Virus record (IMG/VR): IMGVR_UViG_3300031998_000028
Span: 32,001 to 96,000 of that record
DNA length: 64,000 nt
Reading direction: 5' to 3' (one strand)
Source: a virus
Taxonomy: Duplodnaviria; Caudoviricetes
Shown piece after piece: positions 12,205-23,914 of the stretch. Both the position numbers and the translations under genes were made by a program. The notes under the pieces are model-generated. The model saw only the letters and a list, made by a program, of their open reading frames with translations. It had not been told where the DNA came from and searched no databases. Each line of letters opens with the position of its first letter. Positions within the stretch are counted from its first letter, which is position 1.

Positions 12205-12431
12205 TATGATTCTCCAATGAGTACGTCGTAGGCGGCGGCCTTGTCACTTGTTTCATCAGAAAACTCGTCTGGTGGTATTAAGTCCCCCTCGGTATAAGTG
12301 CGCCCAAACTCAGCCGGGTCACACGCTTCTGAATATGAGACTCCATCCCGGACAACATAGCGGTGAGCGTCTGAATATGTCCGGGTGAACTCGGTTTCGT
12401 TTATATAAAATGTTTCAACTATAATTGCCAT
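12204..12431 (-). CDS. Small tail-operon protein
   Basis: 75-aa ORF with RBS; paralog of the downstream gene. Confidence 0.7.
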   Translation of the reverse strand: MAIIVETFYINETEFTRTYSDAHRYVVRDGVSYSEACDPAEFGRTYTEGDLIPPDEFSDETSDKAAAYDVLIGES

Positions 12432-12442
12432 ATTGTCCTCCT

Positions 12443-13792
12443 TTACGGCGATTCCTCAAATATATAATCCGCATAAGTAGACCAGTTAGTTGCTGTCTTA
12501 TAAGCATTGAGTACGCTGTGATCTGCGGAGTAAGGTACATAGATTTTCTTGCCGCCTGCGTCTGTCATGTTGGTAAATGCATTGGTGTCGGTAAGAGTCG
12601 GAGGTGTGGTTTTTGCGAAGTGAAATTCAAATAACTGCCTTGCGTTGTTGAACATATTCGCACCAACAACGGGCAAGCTTGCAGGAAAGACCAGACTCGT
12701 TCCCAAATCTGCACAGCCTCGGAACATTTCGCTTGTGTCTGTCGCGCTTGACATATCCCACGAATTTATAGTTATTTTTTCAATGGCGTTGCAACTATGG
12801 AACATAGCGGCAAAATTTGTTACCAAATCAGCATTCCATCCAGAAATATCAACTTCGCGCAAATTGTAGCAATACTAAAATGTTTGTTTAAAGGAGGTTG
12901 CTGCATTTGTTTCCCATTCACTCACATCTACTGTTTCCAACGCAAAGCACTGATAGAATGTTTGATTAAAAGTTAAGACTTTTTTTACATTCCATCCGCT
13001 TACATCAACAATTTTAAGATCACAACAATTATAGAATACCAAATTGAGACTTGTTACATTGGACGTATCCCATCCTGTTGTATCAACTTTTACAAGATGC
13101 CTATTATTATAAAAAAGACTTTCCATACTCGTGGTACTGGATGTAATAAAATATGGAAGCTCAGCCAATATTAAGGCATCATTATCTCGAATCATGTGGT
13201 TCCCCGCACCGCCTGTCATATATAGATGTTCAAGAAACTTCATAGCCCGGAACGTCGTACTTGTCGAGTTTTGCAGTTTGCCTCTTGCTTCAGCTAAACC
13301 TTGGTTTGTGTTGAAACGATATTGCCCGTTATAGCTGTTTATGCCGTTATAGTTAGTCGTAAAATATGTTATATTTCCTGTGACACGGATAACTTTATAG
13401 CCGCCCAAAGCAGACCCAAAATAAAGCTGACAGGCGTTGTTGGAGTTGTAGCTTTGCGTGGAATCTGCCGTGAACGTAGACCCGGAAATCGTGCCGACTT
13501 CCACGGTGTACTGCCCGGAGGAAGTCTTGCACTTTATGTCGCAGAAGCCATTTGCCTCGTTTGCGATATAAGTCAGATAGAGGATGTTGCCGCTGGATAT
13601 ATCGAGGTTGTCAAGATTAGGCCAATTATTAGGGCGTGTCCACACAACGCTACTGCCACTCGGAATATCCTCCACATAACTTGCAAATCCATCCTGTCCC
13701 CATGTCAGATCATTCTGTGTTCCGAGCTTTGTCTTTATCGCATCTGCGGTATCATCAATAGAGTCCGTAGGGACTATCATATATTCACTCAT
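12443..13792 (-). CDS. BspA/DUF285-type leucine-rich-repeat protein, putative receptor-binding; code 15
   Basis: Repeats LxxVDxSGWDTSNVTSxxxxFxxC continue across a single TAG at 12875-12877. Confidence 0.8.
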
Positions 13793-13804
13793 GGCTTGAC
13801 CTCC

Positions 13805-14695
13805 TTACGTTGATGGAATTTCAGTATCATCGGCATAGTGCGTTTCATAATACGAACCTTCAATCTGCGCCCATGTTATCGTGCCATATCCGTCAATAGT
13901 AGACCAATTTGTAGCAGCTTTGTAATCGGATGAAGTGCCGTCACCGAGATGGTCATATAAAGATTTTGGGATATAGATTGTGCCGCCTGTACCGCCTGAC
14001 GCAAATGGTGTATTTGTAAACGCTGAAACATTCGCTAACGGCCACACCTTATTAGCGTATCGAATAATTAACGTATTAAGGGCCGTCGCTCCATTAAACG
14101 CATTAGCATATATACTTCCCGGAGCATTAAGGCTTGAACTACCAATATCTAAATACACCAACGCTGTACATCCAGCAACAAACCAAGACCATATATTCCC
14201 ATTTTTAACGGCAGGAAAAACAAGCCCTGTTATAGATGTGCAATTTTGGAAAAACCCAGTCGCAAGATTTGTAATTATATCAAATCCTAAGCCTAAATTT
14301 ACAAGATTTACACAACCTTTAAAAATATAATCGGCTCTATCGAATGAAACAACTTTTGGTAAATTTACAGTCGTCAACGCAGTACAACCCTCAAATGTAT
14401 ATACTTCTGCTGCGCCACGTGCGACAGTTGTAACATTATTCCCGGTAAAACTTGTAAGTTGCGTGTCTCTATAAAATAGATATGGCGGCAAAAAGGTTCC
14501 AGAAAACACTATATCTCCCGGGATATTAGCACTTGCAATATCTTCAAGAGTATACCCGATTTCAATATCCTCAATCGCATCCGCGAATCCTTCCTGTGTA
14601 AACTCAATACTTGCCTGAGAACCGGTCTTTTCTCTTATGGCATCTGCTGTGGCATCAAGTGAGTCTTTTGGCACAATATAAAATTCATTAGACAT
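13805..14695 (-). CDS. BspA/TpLRR-type leucine-rich-repeat protein
   Basis: FxGCTALxxVxLP repeats; C-terminal IYIP..YKAATNWS shared with the downstream LRR gene. Confidence 0.8.
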   Translation of the reverse strand: MSNEFYIVPKDSLDATADAIREKTGSQASIEFTQEGFADAIEDIEIGYTLEDIASANIPGDIVFSGTFLPPYLFYRDTQLTSFTGNNVTTVARGAAEVYTFEGCTALTTVNLPKVVSFDRADYIFKGCVNLVNLGLGFDIITNLATGFFQNCTSITGLVFPAVKNGNIWSWFVAGCTALVYLDIGSSSLNAPGSIYANAFNGATALNTLIIRYANKVWPLANVSAFTNTPFASGGTGGTIYIPKSLYDHLGDGTSSDYKAATNWSTIDGYGTITWAQIEGSYYETHYADDTEIPST

Positions 14696-14955
14696 TAGAA
14701 GCTCACCCCCACAGCCGTTGGGATAGAACCGGTTTCATCTAAAACTATATATCCATCCTAGTCCTATTTAAATAAAATTGTAACACTTGTTGGTTCTCCG
14801 CCTCCACTACTAGCTGTTCCTACTGTTTTAATGCCAGCGGCGTTATAAAAATACTTACCGCTGGCAACATCTGAAGCTGTAGCTGTGGTATCCGTAATAT
14901 CAATAAGTACTGTCCCATCTGCGAGTTGTACTTTATTGTTTGCTACTTCGGGCAT
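14695..14955 (-). CDS. Small tail-associated protein; code 15
   Basis: MPEVANNKVQLADGTVLIDITDTTAT; TAGs at 14764 and 14758; TAA overlaps the next ATG. Confidence 0.7.
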
Positions 14956-14968
14956 TCAGCCCACCTCC

Positions 14969-15565
14969 TTACGAAGCGGTGCCAATAGTTACAGTTTTTC
15001 CACCGGCCGCGTTGTCAGAATAAACTACTGCGATAGAAGCAACCGTTACTTCACTTAAATAGTTATAAGTTGGACTATCTGGACTAATCGTCTATGAAGT
15101 AAATGTAGGATTTACTGTTTTAGTCTATGCACTAGCACCTTCAGTGCCACTCATAGAGCCGGTTACACCAAGAATTGTAATCCCTTGACGAATATTTGTT
15201 GCAATAATTTTTGATTGCTCTGCTGCGGCAATCATAACTTTACCAGTACCATCATGGTAGCCTTGAGGTATAGTATACTCCTAAGCTTTACTAGTAATAC
15301 TAGCTGTGACTGCACCGCGGTTTGTCATGGTACCAGTATATGCGCTACCTCTAGCATGGAATGTCTTACCAGATAAAGCTTCTGCAATTAATAAAGTATC
15401 ATTAGTGGTATTACTGTCAAAATCACAGGAGCCAGTTACTGGTGCGCCATTTGCGCCATGCGCTGTATAACCACTAAGAAGATGCGCTGCATCAACGGTA
15501 TCTGATGTAAGGTCAATTAATGTAGTACCGTTAGCTAGGGCAACTTTACTTACATAATCAGGCAT
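14969..15565 (-). CDS. Tail-associated protein; code 15
   Basis: Continues after TAG 15281 with EYTIPQGYHDGTG..NIRQGITILGVTG..A*TKTVNPTFTS*TISPD. Confidence 0.78.
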
Positions 15566-15851
15566 TTAAATTTCCTCCAATAAAAATTGTTATTCCGCCG
15601 GCCAGATTAGTCGTCCGGCTTACCTCAATTGCTTCAACTTCTACATCAGAATTCATTAACTTATTATTAGTATATAAAGTTTGATCTTCAAATGAAGGTT
15701 TAACAATATAGGGGCCATTATAATAATTTGTTTGAACTTGTTTACTTAAAATTCCAGTTAATGTTGGCTAAGCACTTAATTGACACCTTAAAGTTGGCTA
15801 TGCAGATAATGTACCTTTTAAATAGCATTTTTTGCAGACGGCTTCGGGCAT
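15558..15851 (-). CDS. Small tail-operon protein; code 15
   Basis: Has LSA*PTL twice, then YNGPYIVKPS..QTLYT; fills the gap between its neighbours exactly. Confidence 0.65.
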
Positions 15852-15852
15852 A

Positions 15853-16182
15853 TTAATATACCTCTTCTGTTAGTATTAGTTTTGCTTTACTTATAAAAGT
15901 ATCTACATCACCATTTGCATATGTCATTTCAATATCATAAACATACTCAGCGCATGGAAGAGTTTTTGTTTCTAATGGTGCAATTTCAAATACTAATGTA
16001 TCAGTTGGTATTGGTTTGAGTATTAATGGAGTTGCATCATTATAACGCCTTTTCATAGCAAAACGTATAGAATCTCCTTCTGCAGGTACATATGTATTTC
16101 CCGCCTAATCACTTAAAGAAAGTGTAACTCTTAAAGTGTCGCCTTTTGTTAATGTAATGGTTGAACCTTGAATATTTACCAT
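15853..16182 (-). CDS. BppU-N-like small baseplate/tail protein; code 15
   Basis: MVNIQGSTITLTKGDT..*..YVYDIEMTYANGDVDTFI; TAG at 16105-16107. Confidence 0.7.
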
Positions 16183-16411
16183 GTATCAAAATCCTCCTGC
16201 AAAAATTACCTAGATGGTTTTAAACCGTCAAGGATTTGATACCATAACGGCGATCATTTGCTTCATTTTATAAGTCGCAAAACTTTATGCTAAATACAAA
16301 AAATTCCATTTAATTTAGTAATTTTTTTGAGATATTATTTTTAAAAAAATGTAATTTCTACAAAACCTCATTTACTTATATATGGAAAAATATTTATCGT
16401 GAGGTAAAATC

Positions 16412-18130
16412 ATGGTTTATAATTAGAATATAAATTTGGACTTAGATACTCGCGCGCCAAGTGTTATAATTGGTGCGAAGTAGTATGATAATAATAGCCG
16501 TACTATTACTGCTACTATATTAGAAAATGGCAAAGCATTAAATATTCCTTCTAATGCTTTAGCATCATATCGTATTCAAAAACCTAATGGGCGCATTAGC
16601 TGGAAAAATGCTCCTATTGATTATGCAAAAAGTACAGTAAAAATTATTTTACGTTCAGAAGACTTATCAGTGAGCGGCCGCAATATAGTTGATGTAGTTT
16701 TAACTATTGGTTCTTTTACACTAGGAACTACCAATTTTATTTTAGATATATAGCCAGCTCCGGATATTCATACCGTAGAACAAGACTCTGAATCTTTAAG
16801 TCATTTAGAAGAACTAGTTCAATAGGCTAATTTTATTATCGAAGGTGCGCAAGCATGGGCGGTTGGTAGACGCGGTGATGAAGCGGTAGTTACTGATAGC
16901 TATACAATTGGGGCACCTGAAGGTTTAAATGTTACTTTAGATTTTGAAACTTTTAAATCATAGATTACTCCTAAAACTGCAGGCTCTACCATTATTTATG
17001 TCTTTACATATACTACTGATGGCTGGGTATATAGTTATAATAATTCTGTTGTTGATATGAGTAGTCTTGGAATTACTATTATTCCAGGAGATGATAATAA
17101 CCCAGTTTTAGGTGATGTAATTAATATTATTGCTGCATATACAGACGAAGCATATTAGAATAATGCTAAATATTATTCTGAGATTGCAGCAAGTATAGCT
17201 ACTTCCGTATAGAGTAATTTAAATACTTTTACTGAGAATTTAAATAATAAATTAGACGTACCTTTAGCTTAGTCAGTAGCCCCAACTAACCCCAAAGTTG
17301 GCGATTTTTGGGTTGATAGTAATGCTGAATTTATTCTTAGAGGCGAAGTTTTAGATTCGGCTAATATTAAACCTGGTGCAGTTCTTGCTAGCCACATAAG
17401 TTAGGGAGCTATTCATGCAATTCATATTGCTGATGGAGCTATTGTGACCTCTGCTATATCATCTGGAGCAATTACAACTGCTGCTTTAGATATAGGTGCA
17501 GTAGATTCTATGAATATACTTTAGGGCGCAGTATAGAGTTGGCATATTGCAAATGGTGCAATAACTAGCCTTGGTATTGAAAGTGGGGCTATTCAGGCAG
17601 AACATTTGAGTCATGGCATTGTTTCTTCTGAACACCTTGTAAGTGGAGCTGTATATAGCGATAATATAGCTAATTATGCAATTTTAAGTAGACATTTAGC
17701 AGTAGATGCTCTTGATGGTGGAAAATTATTAGATGGTAGTATTACAAAAAGGAAATTTGATTTTATAAAAAGTGGATATATAGCAGGACAAAAGGGTAAT
17801 GACACTTACCACGTAAGAGTATAGGCATCACCATCAAGTGCAATTGCGCGAGGATTTATATTACTTAGTGGTAAAAGGGCCTCGGGATTAGTTGCATATA
17901 ATATATAGGATAGTTCAACTGAAGGCACCACTTTTATAGGATATCGTTCTTCTGAAGGTACAGTAACAATAGGTAATAATACTATAACATTACCTGCTAC
18001 TAATCTTGGCCTTAGCCTTGGATCATATGGTCTTAATGTTACTAATAGAACTACTGCTGTAACCACTTTTTTAGTTATAAATGTTACTGGGACAGTTACA
18101 GTTGCAGTTGATAGTGGTATGGTATATTAA
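16412..18130 (+). CDS. BppU-family baseplate/tail-fibre protein with 10-residue GA(I/V)xxxx(I/L)xx repeats; code 15
   Basis: 572 aa, invisible in the standard code. N-terminal AK*YDNNSR matches the BppU KQxD motif; QKPNG; repeat tract ~17370-17750. Confidence 0.8.
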
Positions 18131-18142
18131 TGGAGGTTTAAT

Positions 18143-18940
18143 ATGGGCATTTTAAAAAGATGGACAGGTTCTGAATGGGAAGTACTTGGTCTCGGTGTTA
18201 ACGCAGACGTTAACGAAGTAGAGGCCATTAGAACTATTAATGATAAATCTGGAGCTAGTGTAGTTTTAGATGCAGGAGACATTCCATATAGTGCTACTAG
18301 TAGTAACTACCCCTCTAATACTACAGGTAAAACACTATAGACTTTAACTAATATAAGTACACCTTATGTTGCTAATGCAAGTAGCACACTATCACAAATT
18401 TTAAGTGCTATAAGTGCAGGAAAAACTGTATATGCTGATGTAGATAATTATCGTCATAATTTATTATACAAAGGAATGATAGGAACTAACAATCCTGGTG
18501 TATAGTTTACGGCTCTAACAAATGGTAGTATTAATACTATAACTTATACGGGTAGTGGAATGACACAAACAAATACTGTTATAGGCAATAGTAATTTTTG
18601 GGCGACATCTGGCAAAACTACTTTTGAAGAAATCCATACTGCAATTCTTAACAATAAAGCAGTAAAATGTTATTTAGCTAATTTAGTATATGATTTAAGA
18701 TATATTGACTTATCTCAATAGTTAGCTATTTTTACTTGCATAACTGTTGAAAATGATATTCCTATTATATATTGGATTCAAAATTAGAATGCTGATTGGA
18801 CTATCCCTACCCCAAATAGTATTTCTTTAGCACGTACAGCCAATAGTTTACCAAATGCTCCTACTACTAGTGGCACATATATATTAAAAGCAACAATTGC
18901 TAATGGCACACCTACATATTCATGGGAAGCTGAATCATAA
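18143..18940 (+). CDS. Putative tail-fibre-associated protein; code 15
   Basis: GGAGG RBS; MGILKRWTGSEWE; the frame stays open past TAG 18338 to TAA 18938. Confidence 0.7.
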
Positions 18941-19040
18941 ATATCAAAATTCATTTATCCCTTAATTTTTTATAACAATTTTACATAATTTCTACTTTAT
19001 AATGTAGGGAAGATTGAGAATAAATTAAGGAGTCTTTTCT

Positions 19041-19487
19041 ATGGCCTATAATCCTAATACTCTATAGCAATAGCTTCAAGATTTATCTCGACAATATCAA
19101 TCACTAGTAGGCCAACAAATAGTGCCTACATCCCCAGTTCAAATACCAGTCCTTCCACATCAAATTCAATATGTAGAAGGTCTTAATGGAGCAACGCTTT
19201 ATCAAACAAATATGCCATCAAATAGCTCAGAAATAATTCTTGACAAAGATGAAGACATATTTTATAAAGTGTCAAAAGATGCAAACGGAATACCAGCAAA
19301 GAAAATCATTAGATGTCGTTTCACAATTGAAGAAATACAATCGGACGAACCCGATTTCTTAACTCGCAAAGATTTTGAAGAATTTAAAGAAGAATTACGG
19401 CAAATGCTTAACGCGCAATCCTCCGCTCCACTAAAAGTGGAAACAAAATCCCTCAAAAAATCTTCGGGAGATGTGATGCATGAATAG
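19041..19487 (+). CDS. Conserved-type phage protein, first of a 4-gene cassette; code 15
   Basis: AAGGAG RBS; MAYNPNTL*Q*LQDL joins ORF 19122-19487. Confidence 0.7.
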
Positions 19488-19779
19488 TCTGTTTAATGGT
19501 TCCAACGCTTTGGCAAAATTATCGAATCTTGCTCAATCTGCTCCTACAATAAATACCGCCCCATAGTCACCTAATCTGTTGTGGATGGCTATTGGGGCGG
19601 CTTTGCGTCATGAATCTCCTCAATCTTTTATGGAAAATTTAGCACAGACACACCCATTACTAAAACAATATGATTTATCTAATTTACCCCAGGCCGCCGC
19701 GCAAATATGCCAGCAAAGAGGGGTAGATATGCAATCTGTTATTCAACAAATTGATAGTGTAACGTCATCTTTTATGTAA
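19480..19779 (+). CDS. Hypothetical protein; code 15
   Basis: ATG overlaps the upstream gene end; one TAG before ORF 19579-19779. Confidence 0.65.
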
Positions 19780-19826
19780 TCACCACGGTCGCGACGTGTT
19801 GAAATTTAATATTTTTTAAAAGGAGA

Positions 19827-20360
19827 TTGATTATGAACGGTTCTTCTACTAGCTCGTTTTTCGGCTCTGATTGGCTCGGCGCGTTTTTAATCATTGCTGT
19901 CTTATTTGGAGGATTTGGCGGCTTTGGTTTTGGTAATCGCGGCGATGGTTTTGCTACTCCTGAATATGTTCAGAGTGCAGTGAACAATCAGTCAACTCAG
20001 ACAGGACTGCGTGACATCCTTTTATCGTCCGCAAATAACAACTATGAAACCGCGCAGCTCATTAACAGTCAGACTCGTGACTTAATGACTATGAATTACA
20101 CTAATCAAATCAATGTAGTTCAAGGTTTCAATGCAATTCAACAGTCTCTTGCTCAGCTTGGGTATCAGATGGATCAGTGCTGCTGCAGTATCAAGACTCA
20201 AATGCTCCAGGATAAGTATGAGAATCTTGAGAATATGTATCGTACTGCCCAGAATGATTTGTCCAATGCTGCGCAGAGCCAGTACATTCTTAATGCGCTC
20301 GGCCGCTTTGTGGCATATCCTGCCTCAGCTGCCGCTGCCGCTGTAACTACTGGTGGTTAA
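19827..20360 (+). CDS. Phage protein with hydrophobic GFGGFG N-terminus and QCCC motif
   Basis: 177-aa ORF with RBS; followed by a hairpin terminator at 20371-20400. Confidence 0.75.
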   Translation: MIMNGSSTSSFFGSDWLGAFLIIAVLFGGFGGFGFGNRGDGFATPEYVQSAVNNQSTQTGLRDILLSSANNNYETAQLINSQTRDLMTMNYTNQINVVQGFNAIQQSLAQLGYQMDQCCCSIKTQMLQDKYENLENMYRTAQNDLSNAAQSQYILNALGRFVAYPASAAAAAVTTGG

Positions 20361-20414
20361 TACATAATATAAGGGTGGGTATTTATACCCACTCTTTTTT
20401 TGAGGGGAGATAAA

Positions 20415-20726
20415 ATGCGAATAATTAAGTGCTTAACGGAGTATATCAATGAAGAGCTCCATGACGCGCAAAAATATGCAGAGAAGGCCCTAAAAGTAAA
20501 AGCTGACTATCCAGAAGTTGCAGAAGTTTTTGAAAGTTTATCCAATGAAGAATTAAAACATATGTACTCTTTACATGGATAGGTTACAAGACTTATTGAA
20601 AATTATAGAAAACTTTAGGGCGAACCGCCTGCTAATATGCTTGCTGTGTATGATTATTTACATGAGGAAGCAATTAAAAAAGAAAAAGAAATTCGATTAC
20701 TTCAACAAATGTATATAGAAAAATAA
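20415..20726 (+). CDS. Ferritin-like four-helix protein; code 15
   Basis: EEL.DA.KY...EELKH motif; two in-frame TAGs; TAA followed by a terminator. Confidence 0.65.
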
Positions 20727-20755
20727 AAAGAAGCCCTCCGGGGCTTCTATTTTTA
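20727..20755 (+). terminator. Intrinsic terminator
   Basis: AGAAGCCC-TCCG-GGGCTTCT followed by a T tract. Confidence 0.7.
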
Positions 20756-20832
20756 AAATTTGATTTTTTGATAAAATTATAGTATAATATATATATAGTA
20801 GAGGAAAATATATATATTATAGGTGAGAGAAT

Positions 20833-21804
20833 ATGTTAGAAATAGGTATACCTGTATATAAAGCAAAAGATACTTTACCAGAATTGTTAGATTCTATCGT
20901 TGCCTAGACGCGAAAAAAATTTTTTGTATGTTTATCTATTGATGGTGACGGAGAAGATTATTCTGAAATTATTGATACGTATAAGGCGCGTGGCCTTAAA
21001 ATTCGTGTAATTAATTCTGATATTAACGGTGGTCCAGGTATTGCAAGACAACGCGTATTAGATTCTACTTAGTGCGATTTTCTTATGTACGCAGATGCAG
21101 ATGATCTATTAATGCCTCGCGCTGTTGAAGTATTATATAAAAAAATTACAACGAACAATTTAAATATTGTAAGAAGTGCTTTCATTCGCACTCATCGTGA
21201 TACAGAAGATCAAATTTTTAGATGTAATGATGCTATTGTTACTTGGTTTCATGGGAAAATTTATAGAGTATCTTATTTAAAAGAGAAAAATATAAATTTC
21301 CTACCGGAACTTCGTATGGATGAAGATGCATATTTTAATATGCTTGCATGGAATGCAACAACTGCACATGATGTAGTAGAGGAAATAACTTATATTTGGA
21401 GAGAGAATCCTAATTCTATTACAGTTGCTAAAGGTCAAACCGATTATTTTATTAGAAGTCATATGGATTATATACATGGCCAAGTAGAAGCTTTAAAAAA
21501 ATTATTTATGATTACACCAGAAGTCCCAACATTATTGATTACTTTAGAGTTAATTAACATTTTTTATCACTATATGAAAGCTAGATTTTATAAATGTGAT
21601 GAAAAAGAAATGGATGACTGCATTTCTACATTAAAAGATAAGGCTTGGTTATAGGTATGGATGCAGGGCGCGCAAAATTGGATAGATGTTTTGAATAATA
21701 TTAAACCTGGTGAAATTTATGATGGTCAATATGTGGTTTTCTTTGAAGAACCGTTCAATCTATGGGCTGTAAGATTATTTGGTAATAATGAAAAGGAGAC
21801 TTAA
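20833..21804 (+). CDS. Glycosyltransferase family 2; code 15
   Basis: IGIPVY..LLDSIVA*T (canonical SxxxQT), NGGPGIAR, YADADD and ED motifs; three TAGs. Confidence 0.87.
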
Positions 21805-22917
21805 ATGAAAGGATACGCTGGGGGAATAGATTGGATTAACGCAGAAAGTATGCGTTATTGGAGTTTTCCATCTTCTTATAAAGGAGACAAAAAAGCCGAA
21901 ACTCGTAATATGATTTTTTCTGGCGATTACTGGGGCGCGCTTAAAGTGGATGGTTATTATGAGCGTCTTATTAAAGATGAAGATGGTAATTGTTTTATGG
22001 TCGCGCGCAGCAAGAACGTAAAAGGAGAAGCAGTTAATAAATATGAGTGGGTGCCGCAGATTCATGATTTTATGAAAAGTTTACCAAATGGTACCGTTCT
22101 ACTTTCTGAATGTTATTTGCCTGACAATGAAGGCTCACAAAAAATAACTGGACTTCTTGGATGTTTGAAAGACCGTTGCATCGCACGGCAGGCCGCAGGA
22201 CAAAAACTTCATTTCTACATTTTTGATGTAATGTCATATGCAAACATAGATTGTTCAAAAGACAGTTTTGAACGACGTATTAAAGATTTAATCCATATTA
22301 AAAAATTATTTCCATCTGAATATATATCCTTTGCTACTTATTATGAAGGTGAAGAACTTTGGAATGAACTCCAAAAAGCACTTGCAGATGGTCGCGAAGG
22401 TATGGTCATCATGCGCAAAGATGCCCCAGTTTATTTCAAACGGACGCCAGCGCGCGTGAGTCTCAAAATAAAGAAAGAACTTCGCGAAACAATTGATTGC
22501 TTCTTTACAGGGCGTGCAACTGCACCTACCAAAGACTATACAGGTAAAGAAATTGAAATCTGGCCTTATTGGATACATCAGGAAACTAATGAGCGACTTC
22601 CAATTGGTAATCATTACTATGAAGCTTTTATGGAAGGCAAGCCATATATTCCAGTAACAAAACCATACTATAATCATTGGGCTGGGTCATTAGAAATCGG
22701 TCTCATTGATGACGTTGGCGCAATAATAGGTATCGGTTATTTAAGTGGTTTAACAGATGAAATCAAATCCAACTATAAAGACTATCAATACCGAGTAATT
22801 GAAGTCGGCGCAATGCAACTCACACCAGACGGCGCGCTTCGTCACGGAAAAATGTTGGGATGGCGCGATGACAAAATGTGGAGAGAATGTAATCTTTCAC
22901 AACTTAAAACACTTTAA
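21805..22917 (+). CDS. ATP-dependent DNA ligase
   Basis: LKVDG adenylation motif, FYIFD, EGMV, LKIK and an OB-fold C-terminus ending LRH...R.DK. No TAG. Confidence 0.85.
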   Translation: MKGYAGGIDWINAESMRYWSFPSSYKGDKKAETRNMIFSGDYWGALKVDGYYERLIKDEDGNCFMVARSKNVKGEAVNKYEWVPQIHDFMKSLPNGTVLLSECYLPDNEGSQKITGLLGCLKDRCIARQAAGQKLHFYIFDVMSYANIDCSKDSFERRIKDLIHIKKLFPSEYISFATYYEGEELWNELQKALADGREGMVIMRKDAPVYFKRTPARVSLKIKKELRETIDCFFTGRATAPTKDYTGKEIEIWPYWIHQETNERLPIGNHYYEAFMEGKPYIPVTKPYYNHWAGSLEIGLIDDVGAIIGIGYLSGLTDEIKSNYKDYQYRVIEVGAMQLTPDGALRHGKMLGWRDDKMWRECNLSQLKTL

Positions 22918-22944
22918 GAGCAGATTATAGTCTGCTCTTTTTTT
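22918..22944 (+). terminator. Intrinsic terminator
   Basis: GAGCAGA-TTATAG-TCTGCTC followed by a T tract. Confidence 0.7.
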
Positions 22945-22975
22945 AAGTTCCTTTACAGAATCTCCACTTTAAATT

Positions 22976-23386
22976 ATGAGTAAAGGTGAAGATTTGATTG
23001 AGCATCTACTACGAAAGAAGAAAGTAACTTATACCAAAGAAAAGAGTTTTCCTGGATTCCGTGGCGGAAAAATGCGTTTTGATTTTTATTTACCAAATAC
23101 TTCTACTTTAATTGAAGTGGATGGTGAGTAGCATTTTAGGTATAACTCTTATTTTTATGCCTCAAAAAAGGAATTTAATCATGCAAAGCAAAATGATTAT
23201 TATAAAAATTCTTTTGCTCTCGCGCATGGATATAAATTATATCGTATTCCTTTTTGGGATTTACCAACTATTTAGCATTTTTCAGATATTTTTCAAGACA
23301 AATATTTAGTTAAAAGTAAATGGCATAATGACCAAATTTATCGCTAGTATTTATTGGAGGCACGCTCAAGTGGGAGATTTAAGTAA
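22976..23386 (+). CDS. PD-(D/E)xK / Vsr-like endonuclease (DUF559/DUF2726-like); code 15
   Basis: MSKGE..RFDFYL..IEVDGE*HF (canonical EYDGEQH)..D..K..LYRIPFW. Confidence 0.82.
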
Positions 23387-23864
23387 TGCTGCTAATCTGA
23401 TTATTTTAGTAGGAGCAGTTATTGTAGCTATTAAGACTATATATGGATTCTTCAAAAAGCCGGTAGAGATTGTGTAGGAAAATGCACGATAGAATGAAGA
23501 AGAACATATAAAAGAAGTTCTAAAAGAAGAAATGCCAGACCTTCTTTCTAAGAACTGTGAACCTATATTGGCCTCGTTAGATGAAATCAAAGAGATGACA
23601 TTAAATCAAGAAGAAAGGCTTGAACAGATGTAGAAATCTTTAGATTTATTAAATGTATCATAGCTTGATATGCTTCGTTATAATATGAATCGTTTATACT
23701 ATAAGTATCGTCCCTATAAAAAGATTCTAGACGCAGACAAACAAGCGTTTTTAAAGCTATATCATGACTATAAAGATATGCATGGTAACACCTGGATTGA
23801 TTCTTTATATAATGAAGTTATAGAATGGCCTATTGTGGCTTCATAGGATGAATTGAAAAATTGA
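23370..23864 (+). CDS. Membrane-anchored phage protein, possibly holin/lysis-associated; code 15
   Basis: GGAGG RBS + GTG start; N-terminal TM segment; C-terminal Y..Y...HGN motif; five TAGs. Confidence 0.62.
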
Positions 23865-23914
23865 CATATGAATAAAAATATGATATAATATATACATAAG
23901 GGAGGAATTTTCTT

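Noticed and set aside
12443-14695. Diversity-generating retroelement or invertible tail-fibre switch
   Set aside because: No reverse transcriptase, recombinase, adenine-specific repeat pair or flanking inverted repeats seen in this window.
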